Part shown: positions 47,216 to 56,395 of the stretch, piece by piece | How the letters are laid out: each line of letters starts with the position of its first letter | How positions within the stretch are numbered: the first letter of the stretch is position 1 | Origin: Ktedonobacterales bacterium | Lineage (GTDB): Bacteria; Chloroflexota; Ktedonobacteria; Ktedonobacterales; JADMIN01 | Direction of reading: 5' to 3' | Assembly: GCA_036391835.1 (NCBI GenBank) | Contig: DASVZC010000114.1 | Coordinates: forward strand, 9,805-73,804 | DNA length: 64,000 nucleotides | The notes under the pieces: generated by a model | What the model saw: only the letters and a program-made list of their open reading frames with translations | Databases searched by the model: none | Told to the model about the DNA's origin: nothing | Program-made: the position numbers and the translations under genes

Positions 47216-47235
47216 TTGGTGAACACGTTCACCAA
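47216..47235. promoter_or_regulatory. 20-bp palindrome TTGGTGAAC-AC-GTTCACCAA, likely TetR operator
   Basis: Perfect 9-bp arms. Lies 9 nt downstream of a TACAAT hexamer (47202-47207) and 73 nt upstream of the tetR ATG. Confidence 0.55.
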
Positions 47236-47307
47236 TTTACATGACACGCTATTCTCGCGACGGCAATCGCCGAAGCCAGCCACTAAAGAAATGGGATATC
47301 CGCGCCG

Positions 47308-47916
47308 ATGCGGCAAACGAAACGGGCCCTGAAGCATTCCGAGTTGCGGCAGCGTATCTTTGACGCCGCGCTGAAACTCTTTCGCAGCAAAGGGGTCGTC
47401 AACGCAACCATCCGAGAGATCGCGAAGGAAGCGCAGGTAGGCGTCGGCACGGTCTTCAACTACTTCGATGGCAAAGAGGGTGTCCTGGCGGAAGTGGGGC
47501 GTCTCCGGCAAGAGCGACTCGAAACACTGGTAGCCGACATGTGGCAGTCCGCCGAACCAACGCAAGCGCGTATTGAACGCATCTTGCGGGCGATGGTGGA
47601 AGACATGGAACGCGAGCCGACGCTGACTCGCGCGATGGTGCGCGCGTCACTGGCGTCGCCGTCGTTGTTCCATGGCGAGCGCGCACGCTACGTGGCGCTT
47701 TCGACGTTGCTGGCGGGGGTCATCCGCGAGGGACAGACGCGCGGCGAGGTGGCCGCCGACTGTGATGCGGATCTCGTAGCGCATCTGCTGATCTCCATCT
47801 ACGTCACGCTGACACTGGACTGGGCTGAAGGCGTGGAAGAGTATGCAATGTTGCCTACGCTGCTGATGCATGTCGAGACACTCTGGCGCGGCGTTGCGCC
47901 ACACCCGGCTGGCTGA
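47308..47916 (+). CDS. TetR/AcrR family transcriptional regulator
   Basis: N-terminal HTH RQRIFDAALKLFRSKGVVNATIREIAKEAQVGVGTVFNYF. Confidence 0.9.
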   Translation: MRQTKRALKHSELRQRIFDAALKLFRSKGVVNATIREIAKEAQVGVGTVFNYFDGKEGVLAEVGRLRQERLETLVADMWQSAEPTQARIERILRAMVEDMEREPTLTRAMVRASLASPSLFHGERARYVALSTLLAGVIREGQTRGEVAADCDADLVAHLLISIYVTLTLDWAEGVEEYAMLPTLLMHVETLWRGVAPHPAG

Positions 47917-47998
47917 TCGCTAGCGCTGCCAGCCATTCAAAGTCACACCTGGTCAGGCAAGCGCCGGGTAGATTTCCGGCGATCAACGAGGAAATACG

Positions 47999-50383
47999 AT
48001 GCAACTGCAGGATCGCTTAGACGGGTCCTCTAAGGAACTCGGCGAGTCAACAGATTCGGCGGCGCCTCCAGCGGCCGAGCCACCACACGATGATCAGCCT
48101 CACGGTCTGTATCGGCTGGGTGTCGGCTATGGACGCCTGATTTATAAGTTGCGCTGGCTCGTGCTGGCGCTCTGGTTGGGTGGCCTGGTCTTCGCAGCGC
48201 CATTCGCGGCGCAGGTGTCATCTGTGCTGACGGGTAGCGGCTACAGCTTTAGTGGCAGTGAAGCGGCCAAGGTTACCACCACCCTCTCGAACAAACTGAA
48301 GCAACCCGCCACGACGGTCGTCGTCGTGTTCCAGTCGAATAGCGCCTATGTCAACGATGCGGACTATCAACTGGAACTCAACAACTTCATCGACCGCGCG
48401 AAGGCATATCCGAACGTATCCAGTGTCGTGAATGGCGGCATTGGTCAGGACCAGAAGACAACCTACGTCGCGGTCAACTTCGACAAGATGCAGGGGTCCG
48501 ATCAGAAGTTCGTGAGCGACTTCCGCACGATCGTGCCGCAAGGCGCCGAAGCGACGCCCGCGAGCGCATACATCACTGGCGCCGCGCCGACCTACGCGAG
48601 CTTTAACCAACTCAGCCAGAAGGATACAGAGCAGGCGGAGTTGCGCGGGCTCCCGCTGGCGCTGGCAGTGCTGCTGATTGTCTTTGGGACGGTGGTGGCT
48701 GGCCTGCTGCCGCTGATCCTGGCCGCATTCGCGGTTCCCGTGTCGCTGGGCATCGTCTACGGCATCGCCATGCATGTCTCCACCAGCGTCTTCGTGCTGA
48801 ACATTGCGTCCATCGTCGGGTTGGGCATCTCGATTGACTACAGCCTGTTCATGGTGCGGCGCTTCCGCGAGGAGTTGGCGCGCGGCCGCAGTGTACGTGA
48901 CGCTGTCGGCTGGACGGTGGCGACAGCGGGCGAGGCGATTCTCTTCAGCGGCCTCACGGTGATGATCGGCTTCATTGGGCTGGTGCTGATCGGCATCCAG
49001 TTCATGACCTCGTTCGGCATCGGCGGCGCTGTGACGGTGGCGACCTCGGCGCTCGCGGCGTTGACGCTGCTTCCGGCTGTGCTGAGCATCCTTGGGCAGC
49101 GCGTGAATTCGCTGCGTGTGCCTGTGCTATGGCGACTGGTGGGCGTCGGCGAGACAGCTCATGTTGAGATCGAAGGGAAGGGCGGCTTCTGGCGCAAGCT
49201 GGCGCTCGGAGTGATGGCGCACCCCATCATCGTGTTGGTGTTGGTGACGACGTTGCTGCTCGGTCTGGGCTGGCCGCTGCTTTCGATCAACCTCGGCACG
49301 CCATCGCTGACGGGTCTGCCACGGACAGTCGAAGCGCGCAAGGGCAACGACATTCTGACCGCGCAGTTCCCTGATACGAACTCGAACCCGGTCATTGTGG
49401 TCGCGCAGACGAGCGACGGTTCCAGTATTCTGACGTCGGACAATGTGGCGAAAGTCAACCACCTGACGCAGTGGATCAACGCCCAGCAGGGTGTCGCGGG
49501 TGTTACGAGCATCACGCAGTTTGCGGGCGATCCGCGGGCGCCGGCGCCGACGCTGACACAGATCGAACAACTCTATAGCACGGGCGCCTATGCGAAGACG
49601 CCGGGGCTGGCGGAGCTGGTCGCGCAAACGACAAAGGACGACACGACCGTCCTCACGATCAAGAGCGACGCGCCAATCGACAGCGCGTCGAGCAAGGCGC
49701 TGATCGATCGCCTGCGAGCGGGCGACAACGCCAACGCTGACGGGTTGAAGGTGATGGTTGGCGGCGAGCAGGCGACCTCGCTCGACTTCTCGCGCTACCT
49801 GTATGGCAATTTCCCACGCGCGATTCTGTTCATTCTGGTGGCGACCTTCCTGCTGCTGCTGATCATGTTCCGTTCGGTACTGATCCCGTTGAAGGCGATC
49901 ATCGTGAACGCGCTGTCGGTGAGCGCGGCGTATGGCGCGCTGGTGTTCGTCTTCCAGTGGGGCTATGGGCAGAAGATTCTCGGCTTCGAGTCATCGGGCT
50001 TCGTGGATAGCATCATCCCGATCCTGATGTTCTGCATCCTGTTCGGACTCTCGATGGACTACGAAGTCTTCTTGCTCTCGCGCATCCGTGAGGAGTGGGA
50101 GAAGACCCACAACAATCGCATGGCGGTGGCGCGCGGTCTGGAGATGACCGGCGGCGTGATTACGAACGCGGCGCTGCTGTTCGTCATTGTGACGGGCGCC
50201 TTTACCTTCACCCAGTTGATGGTGACGAAGGAGATTGGCCTCGGCATGACGGTCGCCGTGCTGGTAGATGCTACGATCATCCGCACACTGCTGGTTCCCG
50301 CGACGATGCGCCTGGTGGGCCGCTGGAACTGGTGGCTGCCGGGTCGTGCGATTCCGCCAAAGCAGGTGGGCGAACGCGCCTAG
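47999..50383 (+). CDS. MMPL family (RND superfamily) transporter
   Basis: Two homologous halves with GISIDYSLFMVRRFREE and GLSMDYEVFLLSRIREE. 12 TM helices. Confidence 0.9.
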   Translation: MQLQDRLDGSSKELGESTDSAAPPAAEPPHDDQPHGLYRLGVGYGRLIYKLRWLVLALWLGGLVFAAPFAAQVSSVLTGSGYSFSGSEAAKVTTTLSNKLKQPATTVVVVFQSNSAYVNDADYQLELNNFIDRAKAYPNVSSVVNGGIGQDQKTTYVAVNFDKMQGSDQKFVSDFRTIVPQGAEATPASAYITGAAPTYASFNQLSQKDTEQAELRGLPLALAVLLIVFGTVVAGLLPLILAAFAVPVSLGIVYGIAMHVSTSVFVLNIASIVGLGISIDYSLFMVRRFREELARGRSVRDAVGWTVATAGEAILFSGLTVMIGFIGLVLIGIQFMTSFGIGGAVTVATSALAALTLLPAVLSILGQRVNSLRVPVLWRLVGVGETAHVEIEGKGGFWRKLALGVMAHPIIVLVLVTTLLLGLGWPLLSINLGTPSLTGLPRTVEARKGNDILTAQFPDTNSNPVIVVAQTSDGSSILTSDNVAKVNHLTQWINAQQGVAGVTSITQFAGDPRAPAPTLTQIEQLYSTGAYAKTPGLAELVAQTTKDDTTVLTIKSDAPIDSASSKALIDRLRAGDNANADGLKVMVGGEQATSLDFSRYLYGNFPRAILFILVATFLLLLIMFRSVLIPLKAIIVNALSVSAAYGALVFVFQWGYGQKILGFESSGFVDSIIPILMFCILFGLSMDYEVFLLSRIREEWEKTHNNRMAVARGLEMTGGVITNAALLFVIVTGAFTFTQLMVTKEIGLGMTVAVLVDATIIRTLLVPATMRLVGRWNWWLPGRAIPPKQVGERA

Positions 50384-50407
50384 CAGCGCCCGCAACACAA
50401 CTGAGCG

Positions 50408-50452
50408 CATGGGGCGAGTGGGAGACGTCGCTGGTCTTCCGCTCGCCCCATG
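50408..50452 (+). terminator. Terminator-like hairpin (11-bp stem, long loop) after the MMPL gene
   Basis: catggggcgag ... ctcgccccatg followed by TTTC. Lies between convergent genes. Confidence 0.4.
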
Positions 50453-50466
50453 TTTCTAGCTCGCGG

Positions 50467-51792
50467 CTACGTCGGCGTCGGCGGGATCGGGCGTTGCGCA
50501 GGTAGCGCTTCTTCAGTGTTGTGCGGAGTGCGCGACGGATGGTACGGAGCCAACCAGAGCGAGACATGCGCCGGGCGCATCGTGCGCTCGACCACAGCCC
50601 TCAGTTGCGAGCGCATCTCGGTGAGATCGACTTCGCTGCGGAGGGTCGCGCTGAAAGTCGCCAGTGTCTTGGCGGCATCGTACTTCGAACGGAAGAAGCG
50701 CCGATCGATGAACGTCTGGATGCGTGACCGCAGAGGCTGGAAGAGCGCGCTGATGGCCAGCGTGGAGAGGACGATCGCCAGCGATGAAGAGTTGGCATGG
50801 GCGAAGAGGCTCACGACGCGCTGTACGGCGATGACAAGTCCGAGGTAGACGGCGGCAAGTGTCGTCGTCAGCATGCCATAGACGGCGGCGCGGTTGATGA
50901 TGACATCGATGTCATACAGCCGATAGCGCAAGATGGCGACGCCAAACGAGAGCGGGATAAGCAGCACCACCAGATGGAAGAACGCTTCGGCGAGAATAGG
51001 ATAGAGCGCGTCGGGCGCGCTGAGCGCTGGCACGAATGCGTAGGGTTGATAGATGGCAATATCGACGAGCAGCGTCACCACCACGCCAAAGACAACCCAT
51101 TTGGTCTGCACGCGCTGCACAAGGCCAGAGACACGTCGATAGCGATAGATTTGCGCACCGATCACCGTGGCGAAGAACGCGAGATAGATGAGCGCCACGC
51201 TCCAGTCTGGCAGAGTGCCACTGGGTAGCAGCGCCACAGGCAACTGTATGACGAGCCACAACGGCGCCAGCGTGGCTGTCCAGCGCGGGATGAAGCGACC
51301 ATTTGGAAAGAGTGTGAAGACGAGCACAAGCAACGCCAGATCGACATTGTCAATGACAGTCGCGGGGACGCGCCAGAATGTCGAGGTGTTCCCCAGGAGG
51401 CTGGTGATATTGTTATTTCCCAGCGTCACCAGCAAGAGCCCCACGAGCAGCGCCATCCAGTCGTAGGGCGTGCGCCAGAAGATGAGCGCCGCGACACCGC
51501 ACGACACCAGCACGAAGAGTGCGCTGACTACCACGCCGCCCATCGCGTAGCTCCGCGCGCTGAAGCCAAGGCCAATGAGCGCCCGCGCCTGCCCTGGCGT
51601 AAGTTGGCATCCAGATGCGCAGACCTGCTGCAGGCCCGCGAAGTAGGCTGGCGTCATCGCGATGTAGAGCGTAAGGCTGAGCGCGCAGAGCGCAATCCAC
51701 CCGCCGCGCACGGCGAGCAGAAAACGCGGCGGCACGCTAGCGATGGATTCCCGTAGCGTCGGCGCATCGATCTCTTCGGACGTGAACTCCAT
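50467..51792 (-). CDS. Polytopic membrane protein resembling an N-terminal sensor module (no kinase domain)
   Basis: About 9 TM helices, then the cytoplasmic tail FIDRRFFRSKYDAAKTLATFSATLRSEVDL. Confidence 0.65.
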   Translation of the reverse strand: MEFTSEEIDAPTLRESIASVPPRFLLAVRGGWIALCALSLTLYIAMTPAYFAGLQQVCASGCQLTPGQARALIGLGFSARSYAMGGVVVSALFVLVSCGVAALIFWRTPYDWMALLVGLLLVTLGNNNITSLLGNTSTFWRVPATVIDNVDLALLVLVFTLFPNGRFIPRWTATLAPLWLVIQLPVALLPSGTLPDWSVALIYLAFFATVIGAQIYRYRRVSGLVQRVQTKWVVFGVVVTLLVDIAIYQPYAFVPALSAPDALYPILAEAFFHLVVLLIPLSFGVAILRYRLYDIDVIINRAAVYGMLTTTLAAVYLGLVIAVQRVVSLFAHANSSSLAIVLSTLAISALFQPLRSRIQTFIDRRFFRSKYDAAKTLATFSATLRSEVDLTEMRSQLRAVVERTMRPAHVSLWLAPYHPSRTPHNTEEALPAQRPIPPTPT

Positions 51793-51960
51793 ACCACCTC
51801 CACCGCCACCACGTTATGCGCGTCAGATCAGATGATTTGTTTCTGAGCGCCAGTATACCGGCGCCGCATTCCGTAAACGTTACGGTGGGCGTTACCGATG
51901 CGAGCGTAACGCACTGCGTGAGTCGCGATGTGGCCGAATGGAGTTCGCAGCGTCGGGATG

Positions 51961-52371
51961 TTATGTGCCCGCACGCAAGAGCAGTCCAGAGAAGATCGTG
52001 AGTGTCACGACGGCGAGCCCAGTCCCCGCGCAGCCAAGTGCGATGGTGTTCAGGCGTTTCATACGATAGCCGAGATAGAAGTCAGCGCCGTACGTCTGCT
52101 CTGCGCGTGCCCGCTGGGTCACACACAGCATGAGCGCGAGCATGGGACCAAAGAGGATCAGGCAGATGGCCAGGGTGAATACTGGCGAAGGGAGCAATAT
52201 CGCCCCCGCGCCAGCGCTCAGGTCACGTCCGGAGATCGCATGGAAGAGCGCGAGAGCCGCGGCGGTCGGCGGGGCTACCAGCGCGGGAACAGTCAGCGCC
52301 AGGCTTACGATAGGAACTGCAAAGTCGCGTCTTGGCGCATAAGGAGCTACAGATGTGGAAAGCCTCGTCAT
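51961..52371 (-). CDS. Small hypothetical membrane protein (136 aa)
   Basis: ATG 52371 lies 7 nt after GGAG. Four hydrophobic helices. Confidence 0.5.
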   Translation of the reverse strand: MTRLSTSVAPYAPRRDFAVPIVSLALTVPALVAPPTAAALALFHAISGRDLSAGAGAILLPSPVFTLAICLILFGPMLALMLCVTQRARAEQTYGADFYLGYRMKRLNTIALGCAGTGLAVVTLTIFSGLLLRAGT

Positions 52372-52539
52372 ATGGGCGCTCCAATCTCCGCACAGCCAAC
52401 GCACGCTCATCACCACGCCACCAAATCATGGTTCACACGCGCGCGCTGTATCGTTCTACATAACTATGAGCCAGAGGCATACGGCTCCGCAAGCGACGCC
52501 ATCACAGGCAGGTCACGAAATGCGCAGAGGCACGAGGAA

Positions 52540-52548
52540 TGCTATACT
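52540..52548 (+). promoter_or_regulatory. Candidate extended -10 promoter (TGCTATACT) for the CDF transporter
   Basis: TGnTAnnnT about 86 nt upstream of ATG 52634. Confidence 0.4.
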
Positions 52549-52633
52549 CTGCAGAGTAGAGAGGGCGCGTCCAAGTCCCGCAAAAACGGGATGGGAGGCG
52601 ATTGGGCGCCCTCGGAGAAGCGAGTAGGCAGGT

Positions 52634-53701
52634 ATGGCGACACAGGCAAGACGCGTACACGGACGACAGCCGACGCGACAGCATGTTCACACCCCACAGG
52701 GCAGACATACTGGGCATAGCCATACCCACCCTCATACCCATTCACATACCCTCGCGCGCGAGTCGTTACGGCTCGGGTTCTGGCTCACTGCCGCGATTCT
52801 GGTGATCGAGTTTGTCGGCGGGTTGCTTTCGCATTCACTGGCGCTGCTTTCCGACGCTGGCCACGTGCTGACCGATGTGGTGGCGCTGGGACTAGCGTGG
52901 TTCGCCATGGCGCAAGCCGAGCGGCCCGCCAATGAGCGGCGCACCTTTGGCTACCATCGCGTGGGCATCCTCGTGGCGCTCTTCAATGGGCTGTCGCTGG
53001 TGTTGATCGCGCTGCTGATTGGCTATGAAGCGTATCAGCGACTGCTCACGCCGGAGCAGGTGCATCCAGGCGTCATGGCGCCAGCGGCGTTGGTGGCCAT
53101 CGCCGTCAATCTCTTCATCGCGCGACGGCTCCATGAGGGCGGCGGACACCTGAATACGCGAGCGGCGCTCTTGCACACGCTCGGTGACATCGGCGCATCT
53201 GCGGCAGTGGTCGTGGGCGCAGGGGTGATCGCACTGACCGGAGCCACCTGGGTTGACCCCATCATCTCTGTCGCCATTGCCGCGCTCATCGCGTTTGGCT
53301 CCTTGCGACTAATCATCGAGACAGTCGATATTCTGATGGAATCTACTCCGGCGGACATTTCGACCGAAGCGGTGGCGCGCGATATCCTTCAAGTCAAGGG
53401 CGTACGCTCGGTACATGATCTGCATGTCTGGACCATCACCAGCGGGATGCGCGCGCTTTCGTGCCACGCGGTAATCAACGATATTCCGCCCAGTGAAAGC
53501 GCGACCATACTCGATCGCGTGACGGCGATGCTTCGCGACCGCTACACGATCACGCACGCGACGGTACAATTCGAGAGCGAGTCGCACGAGTCGCACGAAG
53601 GATTCTGCGCATGTGAGTCGGGCGCGGCGGGCAGCCTCTACTGCGCGATGAACGCCGACCAGTGCGTCGACCATAGCTACGACAGCGCACACCTCTCCTG
53701 A
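52634..53701 (+). CDS. Cation diffusion facilitator (CDF) family metal efflux transporter with His-rich N-terminus
   Basis: HTGHSHTHPHTHSH tract. TM2 motif LLSDAGHVLTD, TM5 motif HTLGDIGAS. C-terminal cytoplasmic domain. Confidence 0.88.
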   Translation: MATQARRVHGRQPTRQHVHTPQGRHTGHSHTHPHTHSHTLARESLRLGFWLTAAILVIEFVGGLLSHSLALLSDAGHVLTDVVALGLAWFAMAQAERPANERRTFGYHRVGILVALFNGLSLVLIALLIGYEAYQRLLTPEQVHPGVMAPAALVAIAVNLFIARRLHEGGGHLNTRAALLHTLGDIGASAAVVVGAGVIALTGATWVDPIISVAIAALIAFGSLRLIIETVDILMESTPADISTEAVARDILQVKGVRSVHDLHVWTITSGMRALSCHAVINDIPPSESATILDRVTAMLRDRYTITHATVQFESESHESHEGFCACESGAAGSLYCAMNADQCVDHSYDSAHLS

Positions 53702-53856
53702 TGCGCGTCAGATGCGCCAGAGCCTCAGAGCCTCATCCCACGCAACCCACAACGCCATCGCTCGTATGCTGAGAGATATCGCAGGAAATGCATCCTCGCA
53801 AGGGCGCGATGTGGCGCCAGCGCAGGAGGCGCGACAAGACCGAGAGGAGACGGGGC

Positions 53857-54552
53857 ATGTCTACGCATGATGAGGAATTCAACTGGCGCGAATCACTGGA
53901 GCGAATGGGGCAGGCGGCGATGGATCTGCTGACAGGACTCGGCGGGCGCGTGGGCAGCGGCGAAGGGGTCGCGCCGACGGGGAATGAGATAACAGAGTCG
54001 CGGGCAGTCAGCGGCTTCACGCAGATCAAACTCGCCGGCATAGGGACACTCAACATCGAGCAGGCAGATGCGGATTCGCTGAAGATCACCGCCGATGAAG
54101 CGCTCATGCCACATCTCACATCAGAGGTTGTCGGAGACACGCTGGAACTAGGCATGACTCCACACCTCACGCTCCACAGACGACCGCGCATCATCTACAC
54201 GGTGACAGTCAAGAATCTCACAGGCATCCAGTTGACGGGCGCGGGCATGGTGAATGCGCATGGCATCCACACGGACACGATGACCGTCACTATGTCGGGC
54301 GCGGGAGATATGACACTCAGCGGAGACGCACGGGTGCAGAAACTGAAGATCACAGGCGCGGGCAATTACCACGCGCACGAGTTCCAGACGGATGAGGCGG
54401 ATGTGCTGATCAGCGGGGCTGGCAATGCGCACATCAACGCCAACTCGACCCTCGACGCGACCGTAAGCGGCGCAGGCTCCGTGACATACTATGGTTCGCC
54501 ACGGATCTCGCAGCGCATTACGGGTATCGGCTCTGTCAAGCCAGGCCGGTAG
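53857..54552 (+). CDS. DUF2807 (head GIN domain) beta-helix protein
   Basis: Repeats LTGAGMVNAHG, MSGAGDMTLSG, ITGAGNYHA, ISGAGNAHI, VSGAGSVTYYG. Confidence 0.75.
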   Translation: MSTHDEEFNWRESLERMGQAAMDLLTGLGGRVGSGEGVAPTGNEITESRAVSGFTQIKLAGIGTLNIEQADADSLKITADEALMPHLTSEVVGDTLELGMTPHLTLHRRPRIIYTVTVKNLTGIQLTGAGMVNAHGIHTDTMTVTMSGAGDMTLSGDARVQKLKITGAGNYHAHEFQTDEADVLISGAGNAHINANSTLDATVSGAGSVTYYGSPRISQRITGIGSVKPGR

Positions 54553-54569
54553 AGGGCGGGTTCCCGGAT

Positions 54570-54671
54570 CTCGGCATTGAAAAGCCGGAGCACGCGGACG
54601 CGGCTTGAAAGCACTGGGGGCTTCTGCCCCAGCGTCGCCGTGCGCCGGCCATTCATGGCCGCGGCCCCGCC
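54570..54671. repeat. Structured intergenic repeat, copy B (102 bp)
   Basis: Same orientation as copy A (19078-19204). Lacks the central segment of copy A (about 25 nt shorter). Contains ggccattcatggcc. Confidence 0.75.
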
Positions 54672-54683
54672 ACCTGCTCCCTG

Positions 54684-55214
54684 TTACTCGACTTCGTCGA
54701 GGTGTGCGGCGTAGTAGGTGAGGGGGCGCTTGTAATAGATGAGCTTTTCGTCGGTGGTGGTCTCGATCAGGTTGGTGAGCAGGAGTTCCATCGCCTCAGT
54801 GTGCCGTTGGATGTTGTAGAGCGCCATCGCGAGGAAGACCTGGAGCGCGCGATTCCGCGGAAACTCACTCACCCCTGCGCGTAGGGTCTCTACCGCGACG
54901 TGGTATTCTCCCAGGCCGCGGTAGGTGCTGCCCGGGCCGAGCAATGCGCGTTCACGGTCGGCGCCACTCAACCCTTGCGCGAGCGCCCGCACATAGAAGT
55001 CTATCGCCTCGCGCTCCAATCCGAGATTGTCATGGGCAATCGCCGTCTGATATGTGATCTCGGCGTCTTCTGGATAGGCGGCGCCCAGTTCGAGCAGCAG
55101 CGTGCGCGCCTGCTCCAGCGTGGCCTCATCTTGCCGCGTGCGGCCATCCTCACGCAGGCGAATCGCCTCCGCGACACGCTCCCGGTTCATGCGTTCCCTT
55201 TCGATTGCGGGCAT
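54684..55214 (-). CDS. TPR repeat protein (176 aa)
   Basis: Three to four TPR-like helix pairs (YQTAIAHDNLGLEREAIDFYVRAL..., GSTYRGLGEYHVAVETLRAGV...). Confidence 0.75.
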   Translation of the reverse strand: MPAIERERMNRERVAEAIRLREDGRTRQDEATLEQARTLLLELGAAYPEDAEITYQTAIAHDNLGLEREAIDFYVRALAQGLSGADRERALLGPGSTYRGLGEYHVAVETLRAGVSEFPRNRALQVFLAMALYNIQRHTEAMELLLTNLIETTTDEKLIYYKRPLTYYAAHLDEVE

Positions 55215-55260
55215 AGAGGAGTGCGGCCTGAGCGATTACGCTGGCCGATTGACGATCGAT

Positions 55261-55773
55261 TTACTCCGCGTCCTGTGGGGCGTCGGCTGTCTTCGCCTGC
55301 GGAGCGCCAGTGGGCGACGCTGGCTTGAGTTCCTGCCAGCCCGCGACCGCTTCATCCATCAGGGTGATGAGTCGCTGGAGCCGCTCGATGACCATCATGA
55401 TGTTAGCGCGCTGGCGGGTGTAGCCATCGTCGGTCATTTCTTTCACCCAGCCGCGCAGGTCGTTGTCACTCAGGTCATACCACTTGAGATCAGCCAACAA
55501 GCGCACATGCACCTTGTAGGCCGGATCGAAGAGCTTGGGTTTGCCGGGCGCCCCTTCAGCGGGTTCGGCTTCGACGGACTCCTCACTCGCGCCGTGAAGT
55601 TCACGCGCCAGCGCCTCCACTTCGTTCAGGCGATAGAACGAACCCTTGCCGACACCGGGATAGGCTTTCAGTCGCTTCTCACGCACGAACCGCAACAGCG
55701 TATCGCGGTCCACGTCCATGCGCCGCGCCGCCTCGCCCTCATCAATGAACGAAAACTTACTCGGACGATTCAT
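55261..55773 (-). CDS. Helix-turn-helix (MerR/excisionase-type) domain protein
   Basis: IDEGEAARRMDVDRDTLLRFVREKRLKAY. Overlaps the rsmD 3' end by 17 nt. Confidence 0.65.
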   Translation of the reverse strand: MNRPSKFSFIDEGEAARRMDVDRDTLLRFVREKRLKAYPGVGKGSFYRLNEVEALARELHGASEESVEAEPAEGAPGKPKLFDPAYKVHVRLLADLKWYDLSDNDLRGWVKEMTDDGYTRQRANIMMVIERLQRLITLMDEAVAGWQELKPASPTGAPQAKTADAPQDAE

Positions 55774-56395
55774 CCTGTTTCTCCTGGGATTGTGGCTCGG
55801 GTTCCTGCGCCGCAGACTCCGAGGCGCTCTGCTCGCTGGTATGGACGTAGAACATCAACAGCGTGCTACCATAGACGCGCTCATCATAGAGGCGCAGGCG
55901 GGTGAGCGTCAGCGGCTCGAAGTCCACGCGCTCGCGTGGGTGCACCTGCACGACGACCATGCCATCAGGCTCCGTCAGTGGCTCACGGTCAAGCCATTCG
56001 AGCGCCTGCGCGGCCATCTGCTTATATTGTGGCGGCGCAACGTAGACAATGTCATAGATTTGCCGCTGCGCGCGAGCGGTCCGCAGGAAGCCGAAGGCGT
56101 CGGCACGGATGACCTCAGCATGAGCGTCCAACTTGGTCGTCGCCAGGTTCTCCTTCACCAACTTGACGATGTCTGGGCTGAGTTCGATGAAGGTGGCGGC
56201 GGCGGCGCCGCGACTGAGCGCCTCGATGCCAACGCTGCCAGCCCCGGCGAAGAGATCGAGGAAGCGCGAATCCACAATATCTGGCGCGAGGATGTCGAAC
56301 AACGCCGTCTTGACGCGATCGAGGATGGGCCGCGTATCGATGGTATCTGGCCCTTTCAGATGGCGACCCTTGGCGCTGCCCGCGATGACCCGCAT
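55757..56395 (-). CDS. rsmD: 16S rRNA (guanine966-N2)-methyltransferase RsmD
   Basis: MRVIAGSAKGRHL, FLDLFAGAGSVGIEALSRGA, VYVAPPQY. Acidic C-terminal tail. Confidence 0.85.
   Translation of the reverse strand: MRVIAGSAKGRHLKGPDTIDTRPILDRVKTALFDILAPDIVDSRFLDLFAGAGSVGIEALSRGAAAATFIELSPDIVKLVKENLATTKLDAHAEVIRADAFGFLRTARAQRQIYDIVYVAPPQYKQMAAQALEWLDREPLTEPDGMVVVQVHPRERVDFEPLTLTRLRLYDERVYGSTLLMFYVHTSEQSASESAAQEPEPQSQEKQDESSE

Noticed and set aside
47216-47235. LexA (Cheo-type GAAC-N4-GTTC) box, given DinD elsewhere in the window
   Set aside because: The spacing is GAAC-N2-GTTC and the site is positioned at a tetR promoter. No Cheo-like box was seen upstream of dinD (17583-17733).
51928-52719. 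263-aa + ORF spanning the region upstream of the CDF gene; also 55718-56770 (+) and 15304-16263 (+)
   Set aside because: They overlap better-supported opposite-strand genes or promoter regions. They have R/E/G-rich shadow composition.
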